DNA of 64,000 bases from Proteromonas lacertae. Taxonomy: Eukaryota. This document shows, piece after piece, positions 12,601 through 25,201 of the stretch. The notes beneath the pieces are model-generated. The model saw nothing but the letters and a program-made list of their open reading frames with translations. It was not told where the DNA came from and did no database searches. Position numbers and translations under genes: made by a program. Within the stretch, counting starts at the first letter, position 1. Each line of letters begins with the position of its first letter. Location: NCBI GenBank assembly GCA_002245135.1, contig NGBS01000583.1:186001-250000 (forward strand), in the 5' to 3' direction.

Positions 12601-15487
12601 TCACAATATCCACCTGATTTTTCAGCACATTCTAATCTTGATTCATAACATTTATCATCTATTGGACAATAGAATAATGTGCTATTATCACACTCTCTTT
12701 CATGAACACTGAAACTTAGTGGTTTATTATCTATTAATATATCATCAATATAAACATATAAAAATCCAGAATCAGCCCAGTAAGAGAAGAATGATGCTTT
12801 GTATATGGATGGATCTTCTGTTGAATAGAATCTTAATGGAATATTGTAAGGTGAATCATATTCAACTCTTGTATAAGTAACATAACCTTTGAAGTTGGGA
12901 AATACATCACCATAATCAATAGTATTATTAAATTCATCTCTTACTATATAAAAAAGAATATATGAAAAATTAATAAAAATATACTCAATATATCAAATGA
13001 TATCTCATTATTAATAATAAAATTAGTATTTCCACTGACAATATCACTATATTCACCACTAGCAATACTTGAATAAAAAGAAACAGTATGTTGCAAAACA
13101 TTCACACCATCATAATACAACAATATAGTCCAATACGATGTCTTCTGTATTTCATTAGTAATGTTGATATTGAAAGTACCACCACCATATAAAGATGGAA
13201 TAAGTGTAAAATTGTAGAATATATCTGAATTATTTAATGTTGCAGTAATAATATCTTCAGCTTCATTTCTAATATTTCCATATTTGTCAAAGGAGTTGAA
13301 TCTGATAGAACATGGAGTATTTACTAATTGACAATCAGTACCAGAATAAGCGAATTTCGTTGGATCAATTGCACCATAGGAGAAATATACAATATTGGAA
13401 GTAAGCGGAATTGGTTCGGATTTATATCTGATTGACACTGTATATTGTCCTATTACACAATAGAATTAAAGATGAATAATAATTAATAAAAAAATATGAA
13501 AAAAGATATATTTTGTAAAATCATCATCCATTCTATCATATGCTACAAATAAGTTACATTCACTTTCTGTTATATTATCAACAGGTACTTGATATCCTTG
13601 AGTATTAGGAGATGTAAATGAAACAACCAATGAACTAGGATCTGGACAATTATAATGGTTATGATATTTATCATAAAACGAAATGGAAAATTTTGACATT
13701 ATATTTGCATGAACACCTTTTGAACCACAATATTTTAAACTTCCATCACAATCTATATCAGTGATGGTAGTAAACTTAATATCATAATGAACAGAGTATA
13801 ATATTATATCCTTATTTACAAGTGGAGCTTTTACTCTAAATACTAATGTATATATACCTTCTACTGTAGTTCCAAATGAATATATTATTACACCAGTATC
13901 AAAGGCTATTGCTATAGTTCCTTGAGTTGCCTGTGATCTAAATGATACAGTGAAATAACTTTTATCTCTTTCATATGTTTCTGGTGTATAAGTAATTGGA
14001 TTGCTAAATGCATCTAATGGTATGATTCTTACAGTAAATGCTGTAGTATCACTACCACTTGGATCTGGTAAAGTATATTTGTCATAAATATCATCTTTTA
14101 TCAATCCAGAGTTTAATTCACCAGGATTCATAGCAAGTGAAAAACTACCATTGTATTGAATACCATTGTATATATCATCATATTTCCAATTAAGCATCAT
14201 AGTTCCAGCTTTCTTAGAGTATATATTCACTTTGATTGTTGTTTTATTAGTTTCAATGTCATTTATATAAATATAACTAGCTGTACAACTACCATCATCA
14301 ATTATGCATTCAATACTAGTAAAAGCAGTTGAATTACAACTCATTAAATTCCCATACATATCACTACATATTATATTAACAGTTTGATCACTTTCACTTG
14401 CAACAAGTTGTTTATTTTGTGGTTCAAATATTGTTTTAGATGGTGCATATACACCTATAATTGTTTTGACTGCTATTGGATTTGTAAAAGTGTGTGTAAA
14501 ACCACTGTATTGATATTTAACTTGATATATATATTCATATGGAGCTGTAGTACCTGAAAATCTTATATCAAATTCAAGTTTTGGATATTTTATCAAATAA
14601 TCGACTTGAGTTGAAGATAATTCAGAAAGAGATGTTCTATTACATAATAAATAAATAAAATTATACACTATAAAATCATTATTATTGAAATATTCAAATC
14701 CAAAGTCACATGAAATATGAGATACACTAAGAGGAATTTTATCAACTGATGTTTCACTAACAAATATTTCAATCTTACAAGTATCAAATTTCTCTGTGAA
14801 TAATATTGGATAATTGTTAGAATTAACAATTTTACTTAAATATGTTAATTCTAATTTCACTTCATCTTTTTCATAGGAATCTAATATGAAATCAACTACA
14901 AAATTATCATTTGATTGTCGAGAACAATGCGCATCAGTTATTTCCACATCTTCAATAATTAAACCAACTTCATCAATCTTGAAATCATGATCCATTATGT
15001 TTATTACATAGAATGAGATTTGATTTGAATGATGGTTTATAAAATATGAAGCAAGTAAGACAAATTCTAATGGTTTTGTTCTATTTGATAATTATATATA
15101 TATACAATAGATATACGGAGATGGTGGTTCTGTAGTTGGTGGAGGTGGTGGTTTTGTTGATGGAAGAGGTGTTGTTGGTGGAGTTGTTGTTGGAGTTTGT
15201 GTAGTAGGTGCTTGAGTTGTTGGAGTTTGAGTAGTAGGTGCTTGAGTTGTTGGAATAGAAGTTGGAGTAGGTGAAGCTGTGGTTGGGCTAGGAGGAAAAG
15301 TAGAAGGAGTAGTAGGTGTTGGTTTAAATGTAGGTGAAACAGGAATGGTAGGAGGGGAGGTTGGAGGACTTGTTGCTGTTAGATCTTTTTCTATATCTTT
15401 AACTTCATAATGTCTATTATCAGGGACTGTATTAGGAAGTTCCGATGAAACTAACACCAAAAAGAGTAAATACGAGAAGATAAACAT
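7700..15487 (-). CDS. Very large type I membrane surface protein: signal peptide, Pro/Thr mucin-like stalk, Ig/filamin-like region, many Cys-rich repeats, TM helix and cytoplasmic tail
   Basis: Consecutive minus-strand ORFs joined by short introns; PTTQAPTTQT repeats; CPxxxPxxCxxGxCV repeats; TM WIFFIIILIAIILLVITGIYLLY. Confidence 0.8.
11013..11077 (-). other. U12-type AT-AC intron (65 nt)
   Basis: 5' ATATCTTTT, branch-like TTTTTAAT, 3' TTTTAC; removal gives SCPLEYPVLCNDLTCV, matching the protein repeat. Confidence 0.85.
13453..13509 (-). other. U12-type AT-AA intron (57 nt)
   Basis: 5' ATATCTTTT, branch-like TCTTTAAT followed by 12 nt to AA; removal gives FTKLGQYTVSIRY in frame, whereas the nearby AG would create TGA. 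Confidence 0.7.
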
Positions 15488-15631
15488 TTTTAAAAATTAT
15501 ATTAAAAAAATAAGTCGTTTTAAATCTTCATATCTATTTTGAAAAACACACTTTAAAATATGTAAATAAAAATAATTAGTATGCTAAAGATATTTATAGT
15601 GTTAATTAATTAGAAAAAAGGAATGAATGAT

Positions 15632-17158
15632 TTATAAAAGAGTACAAAAATGACAAGTAAACGAATTTTTGTTTTCTTTTTCAGCAGCTTTGATAGCTGT
15701 GTTATTCAAATCATCAATTGAGCCATTACTACTGCTGCCTGACCATTGTTCATCACCTAGCAAATATTTATACTCATCTTTCACAACTTTCCTAATTTTT
15801 GGGTCTTGTTGATAAAAATGATGCATTTCCACTCTCATTTTATCTATACTTCTAGCTGCCATATATGGTTTGTTTGGAACAGTACCTTGATCCATAGATC
15901 CTTTTCGGGTTGATGGGAGGAAGTTTCAAATATCTACAAATTGAATTACAATGATGTGTCTGTAAGAATCTATCTATACCATGTTTGCCTAAATTACCCT
16001 TTCCGAATATATGCTCATCTAAAGTATGTATCTATAATAATACAATATAAACAATATAACTATACTTGTGGGTCTGTATAAATATCACTAACACCTTGAA
16101 TATCAACTACAATTAACTGTTTGTCTGATGCTTCATAAGTAAAATGACTAAATGCTTGTGGGGTGTTTCTATCAGCTTCACTAACATAACCGCAATTATT
16201 ATTGTGTTTCTGATAGGATCCGCTTAAATAAGGTTCAACATTACACAACGGTTGACCAGGTCTGTCTACTAACTGTAATACCCAAGCATCATTGAATGTA
16301 ACTAATCTAGGTGGATTATATTTATTGAATTTCTCAGCATAAACTCGACAAACTATTTGCATTTCTACATCTTTGAAATAAGTGTCTGGATCTTCATATG
16401 GATCTATTGCTAGTTTAGCTACATATGTTAGCTGTGTAGAAGATGAGTGAGAAAGTGATTTCTGTGTAGATTCAGATTCGTTCGAATTTGTGTTGTTACT
16501 ATTAATAATATTATTTGATTCTGACTCACTGGATTGTGGTGATTTTATTTTAATCTGCGTTTTATTTCTTTCATCAAATTCCATTAGATGGTGAACTACT
16601 CTCAAGCCTCCTCTAGAGAATGGTGATTTGTCCATCTTAATCTTTACAGGATATTGTATCCATTTCTTAGTACCATCTGGATATATCTCAAATACATGCT
16701 TTATAGCTGATTCTTCTTGAATTGGTCCAAAATCTGGTGGTGGAGATGGAATAACAATTAAATCAGGTCCTTGAGGGTCTATTAGTTATAAATATACAAA
16801 TAAAATACCTTTACCACCTTTCGATAGTATAGGATTGCTTTTATCTATTCTTCTAGTATGAGTACCTGTCATTTCATCAACAATTTGTGCCATACGATCC
16901 TAAATGTAACTCACAAATATATACTCTATATTCAGTTCTTGTTATAAAACCCATATCCAATAGATCTTTTAAATTCTGGAGCTTACTCCACTTCTCTTGA
17001 TCTTTAGTAGTGGATGTAGTTGATCTTCTTCTAGTTCTTATTCGTGAAGGAGCCACGGTTGAAAAACGATCTGTTGTGTTGGTAACTTCATTAACTGAAC
17101 TGGTTTCAGTGATAGCTGTGAGCCCCCCGAATTTTAGAGGTACAGTCATATCAGACAT
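15632..17158 (-). CDS. Alpha-kinase (eEF2K/MHCK type) with N-terminal SHOCT-like motif and C-terminal CTLL
   Basis: PFSRGGLR, KHNNN, RNTPQAFSHFTYE, VVDIQGV, YTDPQIH, GNLG, HHCNSIC; N-terminal LQNLKDLLDMGFITRTEY. Confidence 0.9.
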
Positions 17159-17779
17159 TTATCATATAAGCTCAAAAAATCTTGATGTGAAAAATATGTC
17201 GGTTTTATTATAAAAAATTTGAATCAAAGAATTTTCAACTGAAGTGGAGTGTAGTTTACTTTAAAAACAACTCAAAGTAATTCAATTGAATATTTTGAAA
17301 ATACTAATAGCATAATAATAATTATAAAAATAAAAACGATATTAATCTACTAATTTTACTTATTTCACGCTAATTGTTCATTCTCTTACCAAATTATTAC
17401 CTTCATTAAACTTATTCATCAACTAATATTATTGCTACAAGCGGTTTAATATCCTTGAAACTTAAATCTATCTTCACTTCACTTAAAAAAATATATATGT
17501 TAATCCACACAAAATTACAATATGTTTAAACAAATATTGCCAAAAACCTTGATGATGTTCATTATAATCCTAAGTAACTTCTCATACTACAACCTCTAAA
17601 TATACAATCACAAAATACCAATCCTCACATCGATAGTTTCTACATATAACTTAATTTGTCATAGAATAATCTAAAGAAAAAGTTTGAGTTAAAAATGCTT
17701 GATACAGGTTTGAGTGTAATTTGATTTAATTCGTTATATAATTTTTATATGCTTTAATAAAAAAACAATCGAATAGAAC

Positions 17780-20700
17780 ATGCCCAATAAAATCAAAATA
17801 GATATTGAAGATATTATAGCTATTATTACGTTTTTTGTAGATGCTTACATCATATTTTTTGTCCCTTACAGAATGTTAGCGTTTGCAATGGATGATGAAT
17901 TAGATAGCATGTATATAGAACTAACCATATTAGATTGGCTTACTGTAACAGTATATATTTCCTTAAAATTATACTTTGCATAGGCTGTGCTAGTTTGTTT
18001 CATACTAAAATGTTATGTGCATAAGCATAAAGCAGAAAAGGACTGAAGCTTACCTTCGTTCTGGAGCTGTAACAGAAATCCCTGTTATAAAGGATTCCTA
18101 TCCTAAGATATCGTTAATTATAGATCTTATAACAATATTACCTATAGCTCCAGTAACATTTGCATTGAAATACAAATATGCAACCTATTTTTACTTACTG
18201 TGGCTCCTTTACCTATACAACATACCTTATTTAATTAAAGGGACTTTCTTCAACCCTCGAAAAAGCATCAAATTATAAAGAACGTTGATGCATTAAGATT
18301 AGTGTGGTTATTCCTTTTATACTGTGTTCTATTACACTTTTTCGCGTCAGTATATCTTGGTATAGCAATTGTGCATATTAAAAATGGAGAACATGAAAAT
18401 TGGGTTGAATATCAAGGATTTGGAGTTGCTGGAAAATATGATACTCATCAGTTTTTAGAATCAGTACATTACGCTTATGCCAGAGCCTTATATTACACTG
18501 TAATTACTATGATTACTACTGGTTTTGGTGATATAGCATCAGTTAGTGTTGAAGAAACTGTATGTACAATATTTATGATGTATATTGGTTTCTTGGTTGT
18601 GATTACCATTGTATCAACTATATCCACTATGGTGGCTTCCTTGTCAGCTAGAAGAAACGATCATATGAAGGAAATGGATCAGTTAAATGAATATATGAAA
18701 TATCGTCATTTAGGTGTTGAATTACAATCGAAAATTAGACATTTCTATGAGTATATGTATCAACAAACACTTGGTGTAGATGAAGATAAATTTATTGAAC
18801 AGTTACCATTAGCTTTACAAACACAAGTAGTTGGTGCAACTGGTGGAAATTTATTAAAAGATATTACTTTCTTCAAAGATAAAGATGCAGCTTTTTTAAA
18901 CTGTTTAATTGAAAATTTACAACAAGAATTCTATAGTCCAGGTGATACAATATTGAAAGTTGGTGAAGTTACAACAGATATAACCTTCTTAATTAGAGGA
19001 GAAGCTGAAGAATATAAGAATTCTCAATTACAAAGGATTATTACAACAGCAACAGCATTCTATCAATATGCTCCTTTTATGGATCAAGCTACATCCATTG
19101 AATTAATGTTGCTAGCTCGTAGTTACTGTAATGTCTCAAGATTATCAAGATCAGGATATGATAAAGCTGCATTAACTGTTGGTTTAAGTGTAGAAGAGAA
19201 AGCCAAGATTGTAGCTGATGCTGTAAAGTTTAAAGATACTCAAAAGCGTCTAAATAAATTACTTGGTGAAGGAGATAGTTTGAAGATTGGACAAATATAT
19301 AAAGGTTGGAAAAAGATATTTTTAATCAACTCTTCATTCAGAAGTTTTAACAGTATTATTGGATTCTTTGGTTCTGTTTATTATATATTAGCTGTACCAA
19401 TTCAATTCGCCTATTTCTACAGTGATTGGAATCAAAGGAATTATATAGCATTGACTGTTGTCAACTACATAGTTGATGTATTTTTCATAGTTGATTGGAT
19501 ATTAAGAATGTTTATGTATTCTTACAATGATAGTGGTGTTGCTATTTGTGATAGAAAGAAAATCTTTAGTCATTATTATCATAATGATCATATATATTTG
19601 GATGTAATTTCCTGTGTTCCATTTGATGTGTTTTTCTTCGCATGGGATTATAGAATTGTGTCAGTGATCAGATTTATTAAATTATGTAGATGTGTAACAT
19701 TGCCATATTATACAAATGCGCTTTTAGAATTCTTAAGAAAGTTTAAAATTGATATTACATCAACAATGGAAGATTTCATTATATGGATGTCTGTTGTGTT
19801 TTTAGAAGCTCATTATGTTGGTTGTGGATGGTTATTTTTCGGTCATTATGAATTAAACAGTTTCAACTTCAATAAAACACTATCAGATGATTGGTTCTCG
19901 AATGATGAAAAGAATCCTAACTTATTTATTGATCATAGTCTTTGGGGTGGTTTTGCTGGTTATATAAGAGCAATTTACTGGGCTATGGTTGCTGTAACAA
20001 CTATTGGTTATGGTGATATTGTACCAATCAGTATTCCTGAAACATTATATTCAACATTCGCTGTATTAATAGGTGGATTAATGTATCCAGCTATTGTCGG
20101 TGGTGTGTCAAGTGTTATAGGTCAATTTGGACAAACTACAAAGACATTTAAACATAAGATTGCTGTTACTCGACGTTATACAGTTCATAAGAAGTTAGAT
20201 AAGAATTTACAGGATAGAATATTGAGATATTACGATTATATTTGGAGTAGACAACATGGTGTGGATGAATTATCAATTCTATTGAAATTACCAAAACCAT
20301 TTAGAATAAAGATTCAAGATTCTATTAATGGTAAAGCATTCAACACTATTTCATTCTTCAAAGCTGATGCTTGTGAAAGACAATTATTAGAAGAATTTTT
20401 TGCTGTACTTATACCTGTAACTTATTTACCAAACGATATAATTATCGATTTATTTGAAATTGGTAAAGGTTTTTTCTATATCACAAGAGGTACAGTAAAA
20501 GTAGAAGTAAATAAAGAAGAAATCCCAGAGAATGATGCAACATCTCCAAATAAAAGAAGAAAATCAAGATTATCAATACAACCATTTTTAGATTCAACAA
20601 CAAGATTTAGAACAGATTCAAACGGTGCACATCAAAGTCAAATGAGAAAGAGAGTATCATCACGTGATGAATTAGCAACATCTGTTCCACCAAGACCATC

Positions 20701-23700
20701 ATTAACTGTCAATGTTGATGCTTCAACTACTCTCGCTATTAGCAACAGTACTAATCCACTTCCATCTCCCTCTCATACATCAACTATCGTTACACCATCT
20801 TTAGGTAATTTAGCTGATAGAAATACAGCCACACCTACTATAACTAATGTTTTAACACCCAATAGTGTATCTGCAAGTGTAATAGCAGCAACTGCTCCTT
20901 CTAAACTTGGTGGTAATGATGGAATTGTATCACCATCAGTAGCAATGGCTCCAGCATTAAAGCCATTTACACCATCTGTTTATCCAACAAAGAGAAATAC
21001 AATGATGAATGCTACAGCTATAATAGATTCAAGAAAACTATCTAAAGCATTGAGAGATGGTCCAGCTGCTCCACCACAAATCAATATTCAAGATGTGGAG
21101 TTTATAGTTAGAGATTTCTTAACAGCTGGTCAATATTTTGGTGCAAACTCTTTCACTCGGTTTAATTCAAGACAAAGAGTATCTGCTATATCTTATTGTG
21201 ATTGTTATTTATTACCAACAGATGATACAATTGATATAGTGAAGAAATCACAAGATACAGAAACATTCTTAGAGATTATTAAAGATTTGGAAGTATCAGC
21301 TGCAAGAATAGATAAAAATATTCGACATAATTTATCAAAGTATGAAAAAGTGAAAAATGCTATGGATAGTGAAGCTAAAGTAACAAATAAAGAATTGTCA
21401 GTTAAACACTTATTCCATCCTGAATCATTACTTCGAAGAATATGGGATACAATTTGTTTACTAATTGTCATATTTAATATTTTTATTATACCATATCAAA
21501 TTACATTATCAGCATCAGGTTACAGTGAGTTTATAGCTGAATGGATTACAGATGTTTTTATGATTGTTAATTTAATATTCAATTACAATTATTTCGCATT
21601 TCGAGAAGAAGGTGATATTGTATCAGATCATAAACTGATCAGGAAACATGCAATTAAAACAGCTTCATTTTGGGTTAATTTGCTTGCAGCAATCCCATTT
21701 GATATATTTGTGTATAGCCTATACATATTCAGGCATTGAAGACACATCAATGCAGTATACTATATTAGCATGTTTAAGAATACTGAAATTGTTAAGATAT
21801 TATGATTATGGATATTATTTCTCGCAATTAAGACATATTGCTGAACAATTTACATGGTTTCCTGAAAATATTCCCTAAAGTTGTTCCAATTGTTACTTTC
21901 TGTATTGATGTTGGGTCATTTATTTTGTAGTATATTATTAGCTTTAGGTAGATATGGTAATAATTGGGATTATCAAATGAAATTATGTGATGTATATGAT
22001 CGTAATGATCCTCCCATTCCTGATTTGCATAATATGAATAATTATAGTTATTGTATGTATCATGATACATGGTTACAGTCACAAATACAAAATGATCAAA
22101 TACCAACAGATGGTGGTAGTGGTTCTGTACAATATTTACGTTCACTTTATTGGTCAACTACTACTTTATTAGCAGCAGTTATTGGTGATATGATTCCTGT
22201 TACAGATACTGAGACATTAGTTACATTATTGATCCTATTGATAGGTGTCGCTGTTAGTGGTGCAATTATTGGTGATGTAGCAAATATTGCTGCTGATTTA
22301 GGTACAGAAAGTGGTGCTATGAGATCTAAACAGGATGATTTAGAGAAATATTTAATGGCTTTAGGTATAAATAATGAAATTAAGACGAAGGCTATGGAGT
22401 ATTTTGATTATGTGTGGGATAGTAGTGCAGGTTTTGATGAGAAAGAAATCTTAGCCTGATTTACCTGAAACTTTAAGATTAGAAGTTAACTCATTGCAAC
22501 AGAATTATATCAGTGAATGTACTATATTTATGCAATTACCAGCTCCAGCAATTAAAGAATTGTCTAGTAAATTACAATCTACTATTTTCTGCCCAGATGA
22601 TTATATCTACAAGCAAGGTAAAACTTGTAACAGTTTATACTTTATAAAGAAAGGTGAAGTTAAATTATTAGATGGTGATATTGAACTAGCATCCAAATCT
22701 GAGAATGATATATTTGGTGAGAATGCTGTATTTTATGATTTAAGAGCAAGAGAAACAGCTCAAAGTATTAGTTACAGTGAATTATTCTATATTACTCGTC
22801 AAGATTTAGATAAAGTGTTTAAGAAATTCCCTGATCAAGTGGATGAATTATTGGATTTATTAGCTGATTTACCATCCTTTGATGATTATGAAGAAGCTAA
22901 AGCTGTAGGTAAGAAGAAGAATAATAACTTAACAACTGCAAAATCAATGCATAAAATGGATTTACCAACTAGAATACAAGATATGTTTAAACCACATAGT
23001 AAATTCTTACAAATATGGTATATGATTGGATTTTTCTTTATTATTTATTATGTTTTCACAATACCATTCTTAATTTCATTTTATACAGAAAAAGAATTAA
23101 AGAATTTCTCATTAATCTTCCCAGTTGTGTTTTTAGATGTATTTGCCTATTTCTATTGGTTTGTGGATATATATTTGAAGTATAAATATATTACATTCAA
23201 ACATCATGGTGCTATTATATCCAATAAGAAAGAAATCGCTGATCATTATAAGAAAAGTGATTTTTATGGTGATGTAATATCTGTTTTCCCATTAGAATTA
23301 TTCTCACTCATAGATATTAGATTATATCCATTCTTTAGATTGTTACATATGCAGAAATTACAAACAGTTACTAGTTATTTAGATGAAGCTTCATATATAT
23401 TAGTTAATGCATTCCCAAATATACTAAACAACGCTTTGCTGAGATTACTTCGTATATTCCCTATCTTAATAACAGTTAATCATATATTTGGATGTTTATT
23501 CTTCTTTGGTCATAGATTTGTTGTACCAAATGCCAAATTAACTTGGGCTATTAGAATTGGTTTATCTACTTATGATCCAATCAATAATACACATAATGTA
23601 ATGAATGATGATGTTTCACCATGGTTATGTTATATTAAGAGTATTTACTATGTAATACAAATCCTAACATCAGTTGGTTTTGGTGATATTAGACCTTATA

Positions 23701-25064
23701 CGAATATTGGTGTTGTTTATAACATTATATTAGCATACATCGCTGCTTGTGAGATGGCTGCCTTTATTGGTATGATTAGTGCTTTCTTAGAAGAAATTGA
23801 TAGAAATGGAATTGCAAAGTTCCAAGATGATAATGATACTATTAAGATATATATGCGTAATAGACAATTCCCTGATATGTTACAGAAGAGTATTAGTTAT
23901 TATTATGAACAGAAATTTGAGAATCAAAATAGTTGTGTAGAACCACAATGTGTTCAAGAATTACCTGAATTATTACAGTGTAAAATATCATATCACAGAC
24001 TTCGAGCAAGAATGGAATCTATTAAAGTATTCCATAATCTAGATAATGATGCTTTGGTTTATATATCACGTTTATTCTTATTATATTATTGTCGTAAAGA
24101 TGATTGTTTATACCAAAAGAATGATATTGGTAATGAAATTTATTTCTTAACAAAAGGACAAGTTGAATTGACTGGTGGTGAAGATAAGAAGAGTAAAACA
24201 AAAGTCATTTCTCCAGGTGAATACTTTGGTGATGATATATTGCGAGATGTAAAAGGTAAAAGAGTTTACAATGCATGGACAGTAACAGAATGTGAATTAT
24301 TAACAATTACAAAACAACAAATCCTAAAAGTATCTGAAGAATTCCCAGAAGTTACAACCTCTCCATTATTCAGACAATTAAGATCATCTAAAGTTAGATC
24401 ACATCCAATATCATCATCAATGCATAGAAATTCAAATAGTACAGATGAATCAAAGACTATTGTATTACCTGATTTAATCGCTGAAGATTCTCCATTTAAA
24501 TGTTTCACCAGTAATAGAGCTCAAATGTTACAAGAAAGAGGATCTTCTGAACAATCTCCAATTCCTGAAGTGCCTAATTCATCTATGCCAACTCCATTAG
24601 TTGATACTGGAGAAGAAGATCATACATTAGCAATCCATAAACCACCCAGTGAAAAGAGTAATAGAACTGTTAAGACTGTTGATTATCTTGATCCAGTGAA
24701 AGATGATGAAGAAGATGATGATGATGAAGGTGTTGAAAATAAAGTGAAAACTCCTCAAGTTATTGATGAATCAGTTGATAAGAATATTATTGAAGAATTG
24801 AAGACAGGAAGTAGTGATAAAGAGAAAAAAGAAAAAGTAGAAGAACCAACAAAAGTGGAGGAAATAGAACAAACTAAAGTTGAAGAACAACCAGCACCAG
24901 TAGAACCTGTTGAAGAGCCAACCAAAGTAGAACCAGTAGTAGTAGAAGAAACGAAAGTAGAACCAATGGAAGAAGAGAAAAAAGAAGAAAATGATGTGAA
25001 AGTGGAAAATATTGATGATGGAGAATTGAAAGATGATAATCAAGATGAAGAGAAAAAAGAATAA
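17780..25064 (+). CDS. Single-chain four-repeat cyclic-nucleotide-binding-domain K+-type channel (CNGK/tetra-CNG-like), about 2400 aa, with about 5 frameshifts
   Basis: Four 6TM + C-linker + CNBD units; pore filters TTGFGD, TIGYGD, AVIGD and SVGFGD; Glu/Lys-rich tail. Confidence 0.85.
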
Positions 25065-25201
25065 GTTAAAATAGTATTTTTGTATTTATATCTCAGTTTA
25101 TTTATATTTTTTTAATTTTGGGGTATATGAAAATTATCCAAAAATTTGGCTTGTGCCGTTTAATTCTCGAATTTTCTTTTTTGCTGTTTTATGATAATAA
25201 G

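Noticed and set aside
15130..15370. Short tandem repeats as a CRISPR-like or non-coding array
   Set aside because: They encode the Pro/Thr mucin-like stalk; no spacers or cas genes are present
17951..17983. TTCCTTAA U12-branch-like sequence in a channel intron
   Set aside because: The donor is GTATAT and the length is 33 nt, typical of the major class here
22454..22462. Stop-codon reassignment (alternative genetic code)
   Set aside because: The internal stops examined are followed by a change of frame or lie in introns, not by in-frame continuation; TAA, TAG and TGA all terminate genes
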